Source: Octopus sinensis (taxonomy: Eukaryota). Taken from it: 64,000 nt of DNA. The stretch lies in contig NC_042998.1 in the NCBI RefSeq assembly GCF_006345805.1, positions 200,694,001-200,758,000 on the forward strand. Direction: 5' to 3'. Under the pieces are notes generated by a model. It saw only the letters and a program-made list of their open reading frames with translations. It was not told the DNA's origin and made no database searches. A program made the position numbers and the translations under genes. Positions 1 through 12,921 of this stretch are shown here, in pieces. Position 1 is the stretch's first letter. The number at the start of each line of letters is the position of its first letter.

Positions 1-794
1 ATGCGTTAATGCATGTATGAATGTATTATGTATGTATGCATGCATGAATATATGCATACATGCATGTATGTATGTATATACGCTACGCTTTTATTCAGTC
101 GATCATTGTAGAGCGTGTTTTGTAATTAGATTACTTTTCACTCATGTTTAAATGTAATTATGAACAAGTCAATTATTTTTTACTTTTGTTTGCTGCAAAT
201 GGTAACAGTGATTAAACTTTGGTAAAGTATGTCATTTGATGCTCCGGGTTCTGAAAGTGTGCTTATCTCTTACGCATTTGTCAACAATTCAGCCGTTGTA
301 TTAATTGTTTAAACCAAATTCACCCCTGATGTATTTCCTCCAACGTGATCTATTTTAAAGAGGTTGATCTACATATCTGGAGAGGTGTGGCTTTAATTCA
401 GCCGAGAACGCGATCTCATAGTAGCTCGCCTGTTTGCCACTTCTTCAGTTTGTTACGATTAAAATCGTAGTGTTTCTCAACATTTATGTTATATTCTTTC
501 AAGGAAAGGCAAGTGTGTCAATAGCAAACTCGTTGATGCTTGAATTATTGTTTTGACACAATACACTATGCATTGGTATTAAATAATAAAGAAAATTAAA
601 TATAATGTGATATTTACGCTTTTTCAATGCATAATAGGATACATCTACGGACGTTATTTACTGGGATAATTTCCACATATATACATGCTCGCATAGACAC
701 ACACAGTCGCGCGCGCACACACAACACACACAGACATATAAACATTACGAGGTATATTTCATTATAGTAATAGTTACGCAAGCATACGTATATG

Positions 795-997
<203 letters not shown>

Positions 998-999
998 TT

Positions 1000-1384
1000 C
1001 TCTTTTACACTATTACTTGTTTCAGTCATTTGACTTTGGCCATGCTAGAGCACCGACGTTAGTCGAGCAAATCGACCTCAGGACTTATTCCTTGTAAGCG
1101 TAGTACTTATTCTGTCGGTTTCTTTTGCCGAACCGCTAAATTACGGGGACGTAAACACACCAGCATCGGTTGTCAACAAACACAGATACACAAACACACA
1201 CACATATATATAAAAATATACATATATACGACGGGCATCTTTCAGTTACGGAATCCACTCACAAGGTTTTGTCGGTCCGAGGCTATAGTACAAGACACTT
1301 GCCCAAGGTGCCACGCAGTAGGACTGAAACCCAGAACCATGTGGTTTGTAAGCAAGCTACTTACCACACAGCCACTCCTACGCC
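1000..1384 (-). mobile_element. tRNA-derived CORE-type SINE (family A, octopus OR-like)
   Basis: Minus strand begins GGCGTAGGAGTGGCTGTGTGG (A-box-like), then a B-box-like motif and CORE-like ACCTTGGGCAAGT; close copies at 11434, 13448, 58770. Confidence 0.9.
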
Positions 1385-1400
1385 ATATAATATATATTAT

Positions 1401-2000
1401 ATAATTCAGTTTTGGGGATTAATTGATATGCGGGTATTCAATTTCAGATAATTAAAAAAAAATAGCCCAAGGAGTATATCTGAAGGTATATTTATATTTT
1501 ATATCTTATACTTTATATTTGACGTTATATACTTGACTGTATAAGTTTGATATATGTTTAGTTATTCATCTTTATAATGCATAATCTATGATTTATAATT
1601 TTTAACTTTATGAAGTATAATTTTTAATTTTTAATGTTTAATTTAATGTTTAATTTCACACTTAATTTTAAGGTGATGTAAAATTAGATTAACAATATTT
1701 TGAAAAAAGAACCTGAAGATGTGTTGATAGAATTATAAATATATTGATTGCATATATGTATATATATTATATATATATATATATATATGCATAAGTATAT
1801 GCAATTCATAATTTCATTCTTAATTTAAATAAGAGATAATTAAAGAAGTATATTTTATACCCTGCTGGTATACTGTTTATACCCTTTAAAGTATTTCATG
1901 ATGTGCCAATAGATACAATGAGTTTACCTTCATTAGGTTATTTTTTGTATTATCTGAAATAGAGTACCCGCATATCTATTTATCCCCAAAACTGAATTAT
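1401..2000. repeat. Inverted repeat (~68-bp arms, 1401-1470 and 1933-2000) around AT-rich DNA with a central (TA)n
   Basis: ataattcagttttgggga...tcagataat versus attatctgaaat...ccccaaaactgaattat; lone CTGAAGA at ~1712. Confidence 0.75.
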
Positions 2001-2193
2001 TATTGATTTCTATTATGTGTATTATTGATTTCTATTTTGTATATTTTTAGATAAATATATAAATATATAATAAGCAAGATCACACTGTACGATATGCAGA
2101 TGCATGTAATGCTAAAGGGTTGTAACTGATTGATTCTGGAATGCGTTTTCCCAAATTAATTAATTCTATATATTATATACATATACATGTGTG

Positions 2194-2247
<54 letters not shown>

Positions 2248-2262
2248 TCATATATATATATA

Positions 2263-2303
<41 letters not shown>

Positions 2304-2359
2304 CTATATCACATATATATATATACATATATAAATATATATGTATATAAATATATATG

Positions 2360-2396
<37 letters not shown>

Positions 2397-2411
2397 ATAT
2401 ATATATACATC

Positions 2412-2443
<32 letters not shown>

Positions 2444-2502
2444 CATACTATATCACATATATATATATACATATATAAATATTATGTATATAAATATATA
2501 TG

Positions 2503-2539
<37 letters not shown>

Positions 2540-2548
2540 ATATATATA

Positions 2549-2586
<38 letters not shown>

Positions 2587-2964
2587 TATATATACATACA
2601 TCAATGAATGCCCACGCAGACATACACACACACGCAGGCACACACAGATATGTGCACATATACGTACAAATATTTTTATATATAAGCATTGTGGATGCAA
2701 TGAATGAAAAATAAAAGACAACACGAGAGAAGTGTCTTAAGAAATATTGTATTAATTTAGCTCTTAAGAGGAAATAATCTGAGTGCTTTGTACACTAGTA
2801 CTTCATCAGGAAGAAGAGAAAATGGAAGAAAAGAGTGTGAATGAGCCAAAACGATTGGAAACACTCAAGTGAGTGTTTAGGGGTCAAGTAGGAAAGTGGC
2901 AGTATGGGGTAGAGGCCGTTAAAGACGGACGATGGGTTTAACGTATGAGCACGTATAGTGATAT

Positions 2965-3348
2965 GGAAGCACAATGGCCCAGTGGTTAGGGTAGCGGACT
3001 CGCGGTCGTAGGATCGCGGTTTCGATTCCCAGACCGGGCGTTGTGAGTGTTTATTGAGCGAAAAACACCTAAAGCTCCACGAGGCTCCGGCAGGGGATGG
3101 TGGTGATCCCTGCTGTACTCTTTCACCACAACTTTCTCTCACTCTTACTTCCTGTTTCTGTTGTACCTGTATTTCAAAGGGCCGGCCTTGTCACTCTCTG
3201 TGTCACGCTGAATATCCCCGAGAACTACGTTAAGGGTACACGTGTCTGTGGGGTGCTCAGCCACTTACACGTTAATTTCACGAGCAGGCTGTTCCGTTGA
3301 TTCGAATCAACCGGAACCCTCGTTGTCGTAACCGATGGAGTGCTTCCA
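2965..3348 (+). mobile_element. tRNA-derived SINE (family C), full length
   Basis: A box TGGCCCAGTGG, B-box-like GGTTTCGATTCCC; 5' half recurs inverted at 29845-30010. Confidence 0.88.
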
Positions 3349-3898
3349 TACTGACATATGCGTATTTTCAGATGGACAAATAACTGTGGATCTGTGAAAA
3401 TATGGAATGTGCGTTTGTGGGATGAAGGCGTTGTTATACGAATGTTATCGTTAAATGTGTAATGAAAGCACGAAATTCAATGGGAAGGATGCGAATGCGA
3501 GATAAAAATAAGTGGGGCAGGATAGTATGCGAGGCAAAAGGGAATACAATTGGAATATGGTTGGTAGTGGTTAAAGTGGACGCAGATTTGACTCTGTTGG
3601 AGTCCACTCGCATTGTGACTACATGTTTGTAATAGAATCTGTCTGAAGAACCTTAGGTTTGATTGTATCTATGTATAAACTGCATTGTCGTGTGCGTACA
3701 AAATACGTCGCTGTACTATTCAGCTATGCAACTGTTAAGTTAGGAACAAATAATTTCATTAATGGAAGAACTGCAACTTCATTGTCGAATAACGTTGATC
3801 AAATGCATGCATATATATATACATACATTCATTCATACATACATACATACATACATACATACATACATACATGTATTCATACATACATACATACATAC

Positions 3899-3976
<78 letters not shown>

Positions 3977-3981
3977 ATGAT

Positions 3982-4211
3982 GGCGGTGAGCTGGCAGAAA
4001 CGTTAGCACGCCGGGCGAAATGCGTAGCCGTATTTCGTCCGCAGTTACGTTCTGAGTTCAAATTCCGCCGTGGTCGACTTTGCCTTTCATCCGTTCGGGG
4101 TCGATAAATTAAGTACCAGTTACGCACTGGGGTCGATGTAATCGACTTAATCCCTTTGCCTGCCCTTGTTTGTCCCCTCTATGTTTAGCCCTTTGTGGGC
4201 AGTAAAGAAAT
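3982..4211 (+). mobile_element. tRNA-derived SINE (family B) with Nin/Deu-like central domain
   Basis: GGCGGTGAGCTGGCAGAA head, B box GTTCAAATTCC, core GCCTTTCATCCGTTCGGGGTCGATAAA, tail GTAAAGAAATA; many copies in window. Confidence 0.9.
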
Positions 4212-4276
4212 ATATATATATATATATATATGTATATAATATATATATATATGTATTATATATATATATTATATAT

Positions 4277-4356
<80 letters not shown>

Positions 4357-4912
4357 TTATATATATATATATATACACATATATATGTATTATAAATAGA
4401 GACTTACACACATACGCACTTCCATACATACGTACATACATGCCTACGTACATACGCATCCATTCATAATTGTGTAAGAGATATTCGTGTATATACATAT
4501 TTCAGACAAAATATAAATAAAATATTATCAATGTACCAAACAGTAAAACAAATAAAGCCGCATAAAAGACTGCTTTTAATTCTCCTTTTTTATTCTCCTT
4601 TATTTTCTGTATTTTTCCACTAAATTTGGTACACACACACATATATAATATTTTCTTTTTTCATATTTTCTTCTTCCGATCTTGGAAGAGATAATTCCGG
4701 GCATTTCTTAAAACGGAAGTGTAGAATGATAATTACATATGTTTTCCAAATGAATTCCATGGAAGTAAATGTTATCAAAAATATATTTGTACTTACAAAC
4801 ATTTTTAGCAGAATTGTAAGGTACTCACCTGCAAAAGAAAACAATGAGATATTATTATTTACTAATACAAAAAGTAGTCAGAAAGGAGAAACTGAAAATC
4901 TGGTTATTCTAC

Positions 4913-4995
<83 letters not shown>

Positions 4996-5156
4996 AAAAA
5001 GGAGATGTGGAACACGAGTTGTGATATATAAAAAAGGAAATGAAGAAAATGCTGACAAAATAATTTAAGTAATTTAAGTAATTTAATTAGGTGAAACTTC
5101 TTTTACGGTTGCGCATTTGTTATGCTTATCAAAAGATTAGAGTTCCTTTCTGATAG

Positions 5157-5195
<39 letters not shown>

Positions 5196-5804
5196 ATATT
5201 TGGTTTGATGTTTATATCTGCGGAAATGAGATGCATATACGAGTACACACACACACATACATACATACATACATTATATATATATATACACCAACGTATA
5301 CGATGGACGTTAATAGAACGTCTGCCGACCAGATACACTGATACATGATTATTGTGCAAATATATATTAGTACAAACGCACTAAGTGCCGGTGTGTACTC
5401 TGAACAAAAGATGTTTAATATCGTATCTGATTTTAAACGAAATCATTAATTTGTAAAGATGATTGGCAAGATTTAATCTTGGGGAAGGATTTCGGTTGAT
5501 AAGAGATTACTTTATACTAGGTAACTAAACGAAATCATTTCCCAAGTACTATGATCTAGACGACTGATATTTATATACAATGTTAATCATATTACGGCTA
5601 GGTTCGCCTAGAACAACCTGTGCTATAGTACAAATAACAACATGGAGATGTCTAATTGATGAAACTGTCAACTCAAAAGCGCTTTCACTGCTTTTAATAA
5701 TGAATAACACTGATTTGTAGCGCCTACATGTATATAGGTCAGCTGGGTCGTTTCGTTCACATGATTGTGCATATGCAGACCGTCTTCAGTGTATGCTATT
5801 AATA

Positions 5805-5995
5805 ATTGGTTTCAAATTAGGAACGAAGGGGTAAGTTGGTTTAATCGACCCTTAGTTTTCAACTTTAACTTATGTCATTGACCCTGAAAGGATAAAACCA
5901 AAGCCATCCCTGATGGGATTTTACACAGTAAGTAAAGTCGGAAGAAATGCCGCAGAGCACTTCTCCCGATGCAGTAAAGGTTCTACCAGCTCGCA
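5805..5995 (-). mobile_element. Degenerate family B SINE
   Basis: Diverged matches to family B (aatcgaccc, gaaaggataaa, ccagctcgc). Confidence 0.6.
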
Positions 5996-6813
5996 CCGGT
6001 TATGCAATTTACTATTAACTATATGTACTACTGAAAGTGATAACTTTTGAATTAGGGAGACATGTTCTAATTTATTTTATACATTCCACAATAGAGAATT
6101 GAGACTGAAAGATCTGCCAGTTATGTATTTTGGTAGTGAATCTGCTGAAGTGTCTTGCCTTCACTGCTGCATTATAAAATCCAATTCCCAATTAACATAA
6201 ACACATTTTCGGCAATATGCAGCATATACGATTCGAAATTTGTATAACTAATTCTTTAACTTTGTACTAAAGAAAAATAATGACGCTCACGAAAACATCC
6301 TGTGATCTGTATCAGCATCACATATGCAAATGGTGATGTTCTGCCTTTCAAAATATGCAATATGGCATAGAAATATGAAGATTACATCCCGCCAAATAGA
6401 ATTTCTCTTACGGAAGTTGTGCATCTTTGGATCTTGGGTAAATATAGCATAGATATTCATAATTAAAATTAGAATGATAATAGAGCGTGACAAACTTTTT
6501 ATTTTCAACTTTCAGCATTTTAATCATTCACAAACTTGGGTGGTAATTTATTCAGACTGTAATATAGATGAACACACACGCACACATCCACTAATGCAGA
6601 TGTGTGTAAGTGTCTGTTGTGTGTGTGTGTATGTGTGTGTGCGCTCGCGCTTCTATACATACAGTATGTTACGATTTTTCATATAAACTAGAGTGCCGTG
6701 TATGTATTGTGTATCTTTGCAGAAGTGATCATACTATCTGTATGATCATTTCGCGAAATATATTACATCTTCAAAAAGTGAATAACGCCTGTAATATACA
6801 TGCAACGAATTAA

Positions 6814-6814
<1 letters not shown>

Positions 6815-6869
<55 letters not shown>

Positions 6870-6870
6870 A
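6815..6870. repeat. (CTA)n microsatellite
   Basis: Direct observation. Confidence 0.95.
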
Positions 6871-6944
6871 GATACTGCTGCTAGTGCTGCTGCTCTTGCT
6901 CTTGCTCTCGTTATATATACATATATTATGCAAATATTATGTAA

Positions 6945-7568
6945 GTGATTTGATCAAAAGATTCCGGACTGTCACCAAAGTAACAAAGTTGAAGCACGCA
7001 GAGAGAAGCCGCTGGTCAAATTTCCACCTTGATGCGCACTAATTTTCAACGTTGCAGCTTACTTCCGCTCTTCACAGCAGCGCTTCGAAGTAACGTCTAT
7101 AGCATGTGCTCGCCGAATTGAACATGACAGAGAAAGTTGAACTGAGAATCTGCATCAAGCTTTGCCAAAAGCTTGGAAATACATGCTCAGTGTTCTTCGT
7201 AAAGATTTCAAAAAGTCTTCATCGTTCTCGCAATTATCAAGGAGATTTTATGCAACAGAAACTCGAGTCATCTGAAAGCAGGTTTAGCATAGACTTGACA
7301 GACAGGCGTCTCATACACTCCTCTCCATACAGATTTTGGAACTCTGCGTAGGCAAGTGAACAGGTATCACTATGACAACTTTCTCTGCCGTGGTCAAAGC
7401 GACGATCACACGTTACACACGTTGATTCGAAGCACTGCTGTAAATAGCGGAAGTAGAGCTATAACGTTAAAACTTAGTGCACATGCACAACAGAGATCAA
7501 GCAGCTTTACTATACGTGTTTTAGCTTCGTTATTATGACAATAGTCCGGATACATATTGAACAAACCT
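6945..7568 (+). mobile_element. Internally deleted mariner-type DNA transposon with long diverged TIRs
   Basis: Inverted arms (ttgatcaaaagattccggact...acttccgct...cttcgaa versus ttcgaagcac...agcggaagt...agtccggata...tgaacaaacc); internal MTEKVELRICIKLCQKLG resembles the mariner transposase N-terminus. Confidence 0.75.
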
Positions 7569-7569
7569 C

Positions 7570-7600
<31 letters not shown>

Positions 7601-7603
<3 letters not shown>

Positions 7604-8253
7604 AGGGTAAAATTAATTAATTAATTAATAATTAATAATTTTACCAAGCAGTTTTCAGTATGTAAAAGGACCATTTAACGGTAAATTTAAACATTATTTT
7701 ATATAATAGGGTTCAGCAAAAAAATTGCTTTACCACACACTGAACTTTTACAAATAGCAGCCAAAGAATTTAGCTATTTCTTCTACTTTAAAAAGAGTCT
7801 CCCAGACAATGTATACTGGAAAGCATTACACGTCGGTATAGAGGGAAATATAACGAATGTTCACTTGAAAGATTACTTGTGAAAGCGTTTCTGGGTTAAT
7901 TAGATATAGAGATGCTAGAAATACAACCCTATTCCAATATTCCTTTCGTCAGCACAATATTTTCATTAAATTTAAATTTGAGAGCACTAAAAATCGAACT
8001 TACCCATCTGATTTGTGTGACCTCAGACGAACCAACTTCGACATCCAGTACTAACGAATTCAAAACGTACGAATGAGACTTTGCATCCTCCCCTGTCCAC
8101 CCACGTGAGTTATAGAGCACAAAATACCTACAGAAGGATCTGTAGTTTATTATCAGGGAGAGAATTATATTGTCAATAAATAATAATAATAAGGGTAAAA
8201 TTAATTAATTAATTAGTAATTAATAATTTTACCAAGCAGTTTTCAGTATGTAA
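7601..8253. repeat. ~590-bp element with a 65-bp terminal direct repeat (7601-7665 = 8189-8253), abutting (TA)n
   Basis: 64/65 identity between the two copies; related sequence at 27815-28033. Confidence 0.8.
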
Positions 8254-8419
8254 GTTTAAACACGTCCATCACTCTTTTCAAGTTCTTTAAAAGGAAAGTA
8301 ATTTAAGTGCTTCTTGCAACCGCATCTATAGTAACTCCATGTTTTGCCCTACACCATGAATTTCTTGTTGCTGGTCCAGCTTCCCGGAACAAGCAAACCA
8401 ATCACTGAATAACTTCCAG

Positions 8420-8474
8420 TCGTGACATCTGCATATGTTTTAACACATCCAACGTATTTATCTCGTGTCAGTAT
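8420..8474 (+). CDS. Weak candidate exon (RDICICFNTSNVFISCQY)
   Basis: aacttccag|...cagtat|gtaagt; 55 nt open, ends in phase 0, compatible with 12700. Confidence 0.2.
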
Positions 8475-8763
8475 GTAAGTGTTTAGATATGAGGTAGAAC
8501 AGTCGCGCACTTATTGTGGTAGAATAGTCGCACACTTATTGCAAATTGACCGGATAATTTCAGAATCCCTTGTACTTTCACTAGAAAGTGCTATATGCAT
8601 ATGTTATAAGCACTGAGATCTTTTTGTAGTAACCAGTGGATTATAACCATAACACTCTTTCTAGCAAACGAATTCTGCCAGCGCTTCAAAGAAGATAAAC
8701 ATATAAAACATGTTTTCATCGTAGATAGTGTAATTGATATATACATATCCATCTAAATGTTGA

Positions 8764-8764
<1 letters not shown>

Positions 8765-8823
<59 letters not shown>

Positions 8824-8941
8824 GACACCACCACCACCACCACCACCACTTCCATCACTACTACTACTACTACTACCACCACCACCAACACCACCACTAC
8901 CACCACCACCACCGCGACTACTACTACTACTACTACTACTA

Positions 8942-8973
<32 letters not shown>

Positions 8974-9036
8974 TACTACTACTACTACCACCACCACCGA
9001 CACCACCACCACCACCACCACCACCACTTCCATCAC

Positions 9037-9071
<35 letters not shown>

Positions 9072-9100
9072 ACACCACCACTACCACCACCACCACCGCG

Positions 9101-9139
<39 letters not shown>

Positions 9140-9228
9140 GTTACTACTACTACTACTGCTACTACTACTACTACTACTACTAATACTACTACCACTACTA
9201 CTACCACTACTACTACCACTACTACTAT
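8765..9228. repeat. Compound (CTA)n/(CCA)n array with a higher-order duplicated unit
   Basis: Markers ccgacacc, cttccatc, ccaacacc, ccgcgact recur twice in the same order. Confidence 0.9.
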
Positions 9229-9632
9229 GGTGCTGCTGCTAGTGCTGCTGTTGGTGCTCTTACTCTTGATATATACATATATTACCAGTCGAACATTCTT
9301 TTTATCATTAAATATTTGTAAATGATATTGCTATGGCTGGGAAATTATCACCACAGTTATATTCCCATACAATATCTAGCAACTCAATTGAGATTACGCA
9401 ACGGAAATATATTACATAAAAATGTCACTAGTGAGAGAATATGTGAGACAATTAAACGTGACGTCGAAGGAAAAACTGTTGCAAAAATTGTTAAATTTGT
9501 TCGAATATAGAATATTTCTTTTGACTGCCGTACATGTTATTACATGAGCTAATGTGATTTGAAAATTTTCTGGGAGTAGTAATGCTCGACATTGACAAAT
9601 ATATCTTGGTATTATTCATGGTATCGAAATTT

Positions 9633-9669
<37 letters not shown>

Positions 9670-9670
<1 letters not shown>

Positions 9671-10820
9671 ATCCTTTCTACCATAGGCGCAAGGGATGAA
9701 ATTTTCGAGAGGAGGCTAGTCGATTCCATCGACCGCAGTGCGCACCTGGCTCTTAGTTTATTGACGCTGAAAGCATGAAAGGCATAGTCGACTGCGGCAG
9801 AATTTGAACTTAGAAGTTAAAGGCGGAAGAAATTCCACTAAGCATCTTCTCCAGCGTTCTAATGACTCTTCCAGCTCACTGCCTTAAATAATGGTTCCAA
9901 ACTTTGGCGCACGGCCAGCAGTTTGGGGGGAAGTGTAAGTCAATTTTATCGAGCCTACTGCTCAAGTTGATAAGCAATTTGCACGACGTGCGAACGATTC
10001 TGACAAATCACCGCCTTCCCAATAATAATAATGTTTACAAATTGTGGTATAAGGGAGAGGGGGCAAGACCCCAGTACTCAACTGATGCTTATTCTGTTGA
10101 CCCACAACAGATTAAAGGTAAAGTCTACCTCGGCGGAATTTGAACTCAGAACGTAAAGACTGACCAAATACCTATTTCTTTACTACCCACAAGGGGCTAA
10201 ACACATAGAGAACAGACAACGACAGACAAACGAATTAAGTCTATTATATCGACACCAGTGCACAGCTGGTACATATTTAATCGACCCCGAAAGGATGAAA
10301 GGCAAAGTCGGCCTCGGCGGAATTTGAACTCAGAACGTAACGGCAGACGATATACCTATTTCTTTACTACCTACAAGGGGCCAAGCACAGAGAGGACAAA
10401 CAAGGACAGGCAGACGTATTAAGTCGATTACATCGACCCCAGTGCGTAACTGGTACTTAATTTATCGACCGCGAAAGGATGAAAGGCAAAGTCGACCGCG
10501 GCGGAAATTGAACTCAGAACGTAACGGCAGACGAAATACGGCTACGCATTTCGCCCTGCGTGCTAAAGGGTTCTTATAATTATTAGTAAGGCGGCGACCT
10601 TCCTAATAATTATAACAACCCTTTATACTGGAAGCACTGAAATTTGTGGGGAGGGGAGTATTCGATTACATCGACCCCAGTGTTCAACTCGAACATATAC
10701 TATCGATCCCGAAAGGATTAAAGGTGAATTTAACCTCAGTGAAGATCAACTTCAGAACAAAAAGACGTACGAAATCCTTTTCACCCGGTGTCCTAATGAT
10801 TCAGACAGCTCATCACCTTA
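9670..10820 (-). mobile_element. Cluster of about six family B SINE copies or fragments, including a head-to-tail multimer at ~10065-10565
   Basis: Repeated gaaaggatgaaaggcaaagtcg...cggcggaatttgaactcagaacgtaa units, all in the same orientation. Confidence 0.88.
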
Positions 10821-10924
10821 ATAATAATAATGATTATTAGAAAAATGACTTGTAGAATAAGCACCGAGAAATACAAAGTGGTATGAGAATGTTCTTACTG
10901 GCCTTCCATAGTGTTGCCTCACAT

Positions 10925-11122
10925 TTTATCTTTTATTGTTTCAGTCATTAAACTTTGGCCATTCTGGGGCAGCGCCTGAAACATTTAGTCGAATGAATTG
11001 ACGCCAGCACTTATTTTTAAAGCTTAGTACTTAATCTATCGTAGCGCAAAGTTCTGGGGACGTAAACAAAGCAACATCGGTGTGAGGCTATATTAGAAAA
11101 CACTTACCCAAGGTGCCACGCG
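10925..11122 (-). mobile_element. Degenerate, internally deleted family A SINE
   Basis: tgtttcagtcatt...ggggacgtaaaca...cccaaggtgccacgc. Confidence 0.7.
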
Positions 11123-11217
11123 ATGACCTCCCTTTCAAAATAACACCAAATGTCACGTTTGAAAATCTGTTCATTAATATTATTCTCTTGCTCGCATTTT
11201 TCCATGTAATATATTTA

Positions 11218-12651
11218 CAGGGTGGGTGAAAATTAAGCAAGTAATAAAAATTGGTAATAAAAATACTTTTTCCTTTTACACATTTATTGAAACCAATGAT
11301 ACATGTTCTTTACTATATGGGAAAATGAAAGTAAATCTTCATATTTGTACGTTTGAAAATCTGTTCATTAACAAACAGTGCTTAAAATTTTACTTATCTA
11401 ACTTTGATATAAAACCTTAAAGAAACAAATATAGGCGCAGGAGTGGCTGTGTGGTAAGTAGCTTCCTAACCAACCACATGGTTCTGGGTTCAGTCCCACT
11501 GCGTGGCATCTTGGGCAAGTGTCTTCTGCTATAGCCCCGGGCCGACCAATGCCTTCTGAGTGGATTTGGTAGACGGAAACTGAAAGAAGCCTGTCGTATA
11601 TATGTATGTATATATATATATAAGTGTGTGTGTATATGTTTGTGTGTCTGTGTTTGTCCTCTTAGCATTGCTTGACAACCGATGCTGGTGTGTTTACGTC
11701 CCCGTCACTTAGCGGTTCGGCCAAAGAGACCGATAGAATAAGTACTGGGCTTACAAAGAATAAGTCCCGGGGTCGATTTGCTCGACTAAAGGCGGTGCTC
11801 CAGCATGGCCGCAGTCAAATAACTGAAACAAAAAAAGAAAAAGAAAAGAAATATTAGTGGGAATTTTTTGGCTTTATTTTATTCCTTCGTATTTATTTTC
11901 CAGATGGTCGGTCGCTTGAGTGTTCAGAAGCGAACTAAAATAGCAGCACGCTTTGAAGTGTGGGATTCTGTCGTTTTTGATTTAGAAATGGTGGCGTGCA
12001 TGGAAAGGTAAGCATGCAACACTACGCCCGGAGACAATAAAAAAGAAAAATGCATGCGAAGCTGATGACCACAGGTTCTGTGAACCATGCAAGACGTGAC
12101 CGCCCAAACTCATCCAGATCACCGAATAATGTGGCAACAATGCATGAAATGTTTAACTGCAGCCCGCTAAAATAAACACGTCAAGCATCTCATGAAAGTG
12201 AACTAACAAGGCACAACATGTACGGAGTTGCATAAAGAATTAAATTTTCTTCCGTGGAAACCCCATTACGTGTAGGAGCTAAAACCTGAAGACTGTGATC
12301 GCAGAAATCCAGAAGTCCAGAAATCCAGATCTCACTCCATGTGATTTTTAACTCCGGGCTTATACAAAAGAAGTGTACAAGATTAAGCCTCGCACACTGG
12401 AGGACTTGAAGACACGGATTCAGAAGGTTCTTAATGGTATCCCAGACTACGTCTTTCAGAAGGTTGTTCATTCCATCCATGACCGTTTGACGAAACTGGT
12501 GTGTGCCACCGTCGCTTACGTTGAAATATGAAGATTTACTTTCATTTTCCCATAAGGTAAAGAACATGTGTCATTGGTTTCAATAAATTTGTAAAAGGAA
12601 TATGGATTTTATTACCAATTTTTATTACTTGCTTAATTGTCACCCACCCTG
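11218..12651 (+). mobile_element. Tc1/mariner-superfamily transposon, decayed and internally deleted, ~130-bp TIRs, flanked by TA
   Basis: TA|CAGGGTGGGTG...CACCCACCCTG|TA; TIRs ~11218-11346 and ~12524-12651; remnants KLMTTGSV, RSPNNV, RSPDLTPCDF. Confidence 0.88.
11434..11850 (+). mobile_element. Family A SINE nested in the Tc1/mariner element
   Basis: Full-length copy from ggcgcaggagtggctgtgtgg to ctgaaac plus A-rich tail. Confidence 0.92.
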
Positions 12652-12699
12652 TAAATATATTACATTGAAAATTGCGAGCAAGAGAATAATATTCTTTAG

Positions 12700-12783
12700 A
12701 TTATAAACTTCGAAAAGTACAGGACAAGTTATTACACTTGGAGAGTTTCAGAAGTTATTACCGTTCTGAACATTTACTGTGAG
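12700..12783 (+). CDS. Candidate internal exon (IINFEKYRTSYYTWRVSEVITVLNIYCE), possibly CatSper-epsilon-like
   Basis: ttctttag|...gag|gtaagt, 84 nt open, phase 0-0; recalled gapless resemblance to CATSPERE TIKLEYEGTLFTEWSVPETCFVLN. Confidence 0.42.
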
Positions 12784-12921
12784 GTAAGTACAGAGAAAGA
12801 ATTTTTTTACTTAAAATATTACAGCTAAGGATAAAATTTCAAATAATATAAATAGATTTAGAAAATATTAACTTTTATAAAAACTAAAAAAATTATGACA
12901 AGTTCTTACGCTTATTTGTTA

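Noticed and set aside
2775-2815. CTGATGA-agtac-tagt-gtac on the minus strand as a hammerhead
   Set aside because: GAAA and stems I and III are missing
2965-3040. tRNA-like heads here and at 3982, 11434, 29940 and 32845
   Set aside because: They continue into SINE bodies; these are Pol III SINE promoters, not tRNA genes
10065-10565. Regularly spaced repeats as a CRISPR array
   Set aside because: Whole ~185-bp units are homologous SINE copies with no unique spacers, in a eukaryotic context with no cas genes
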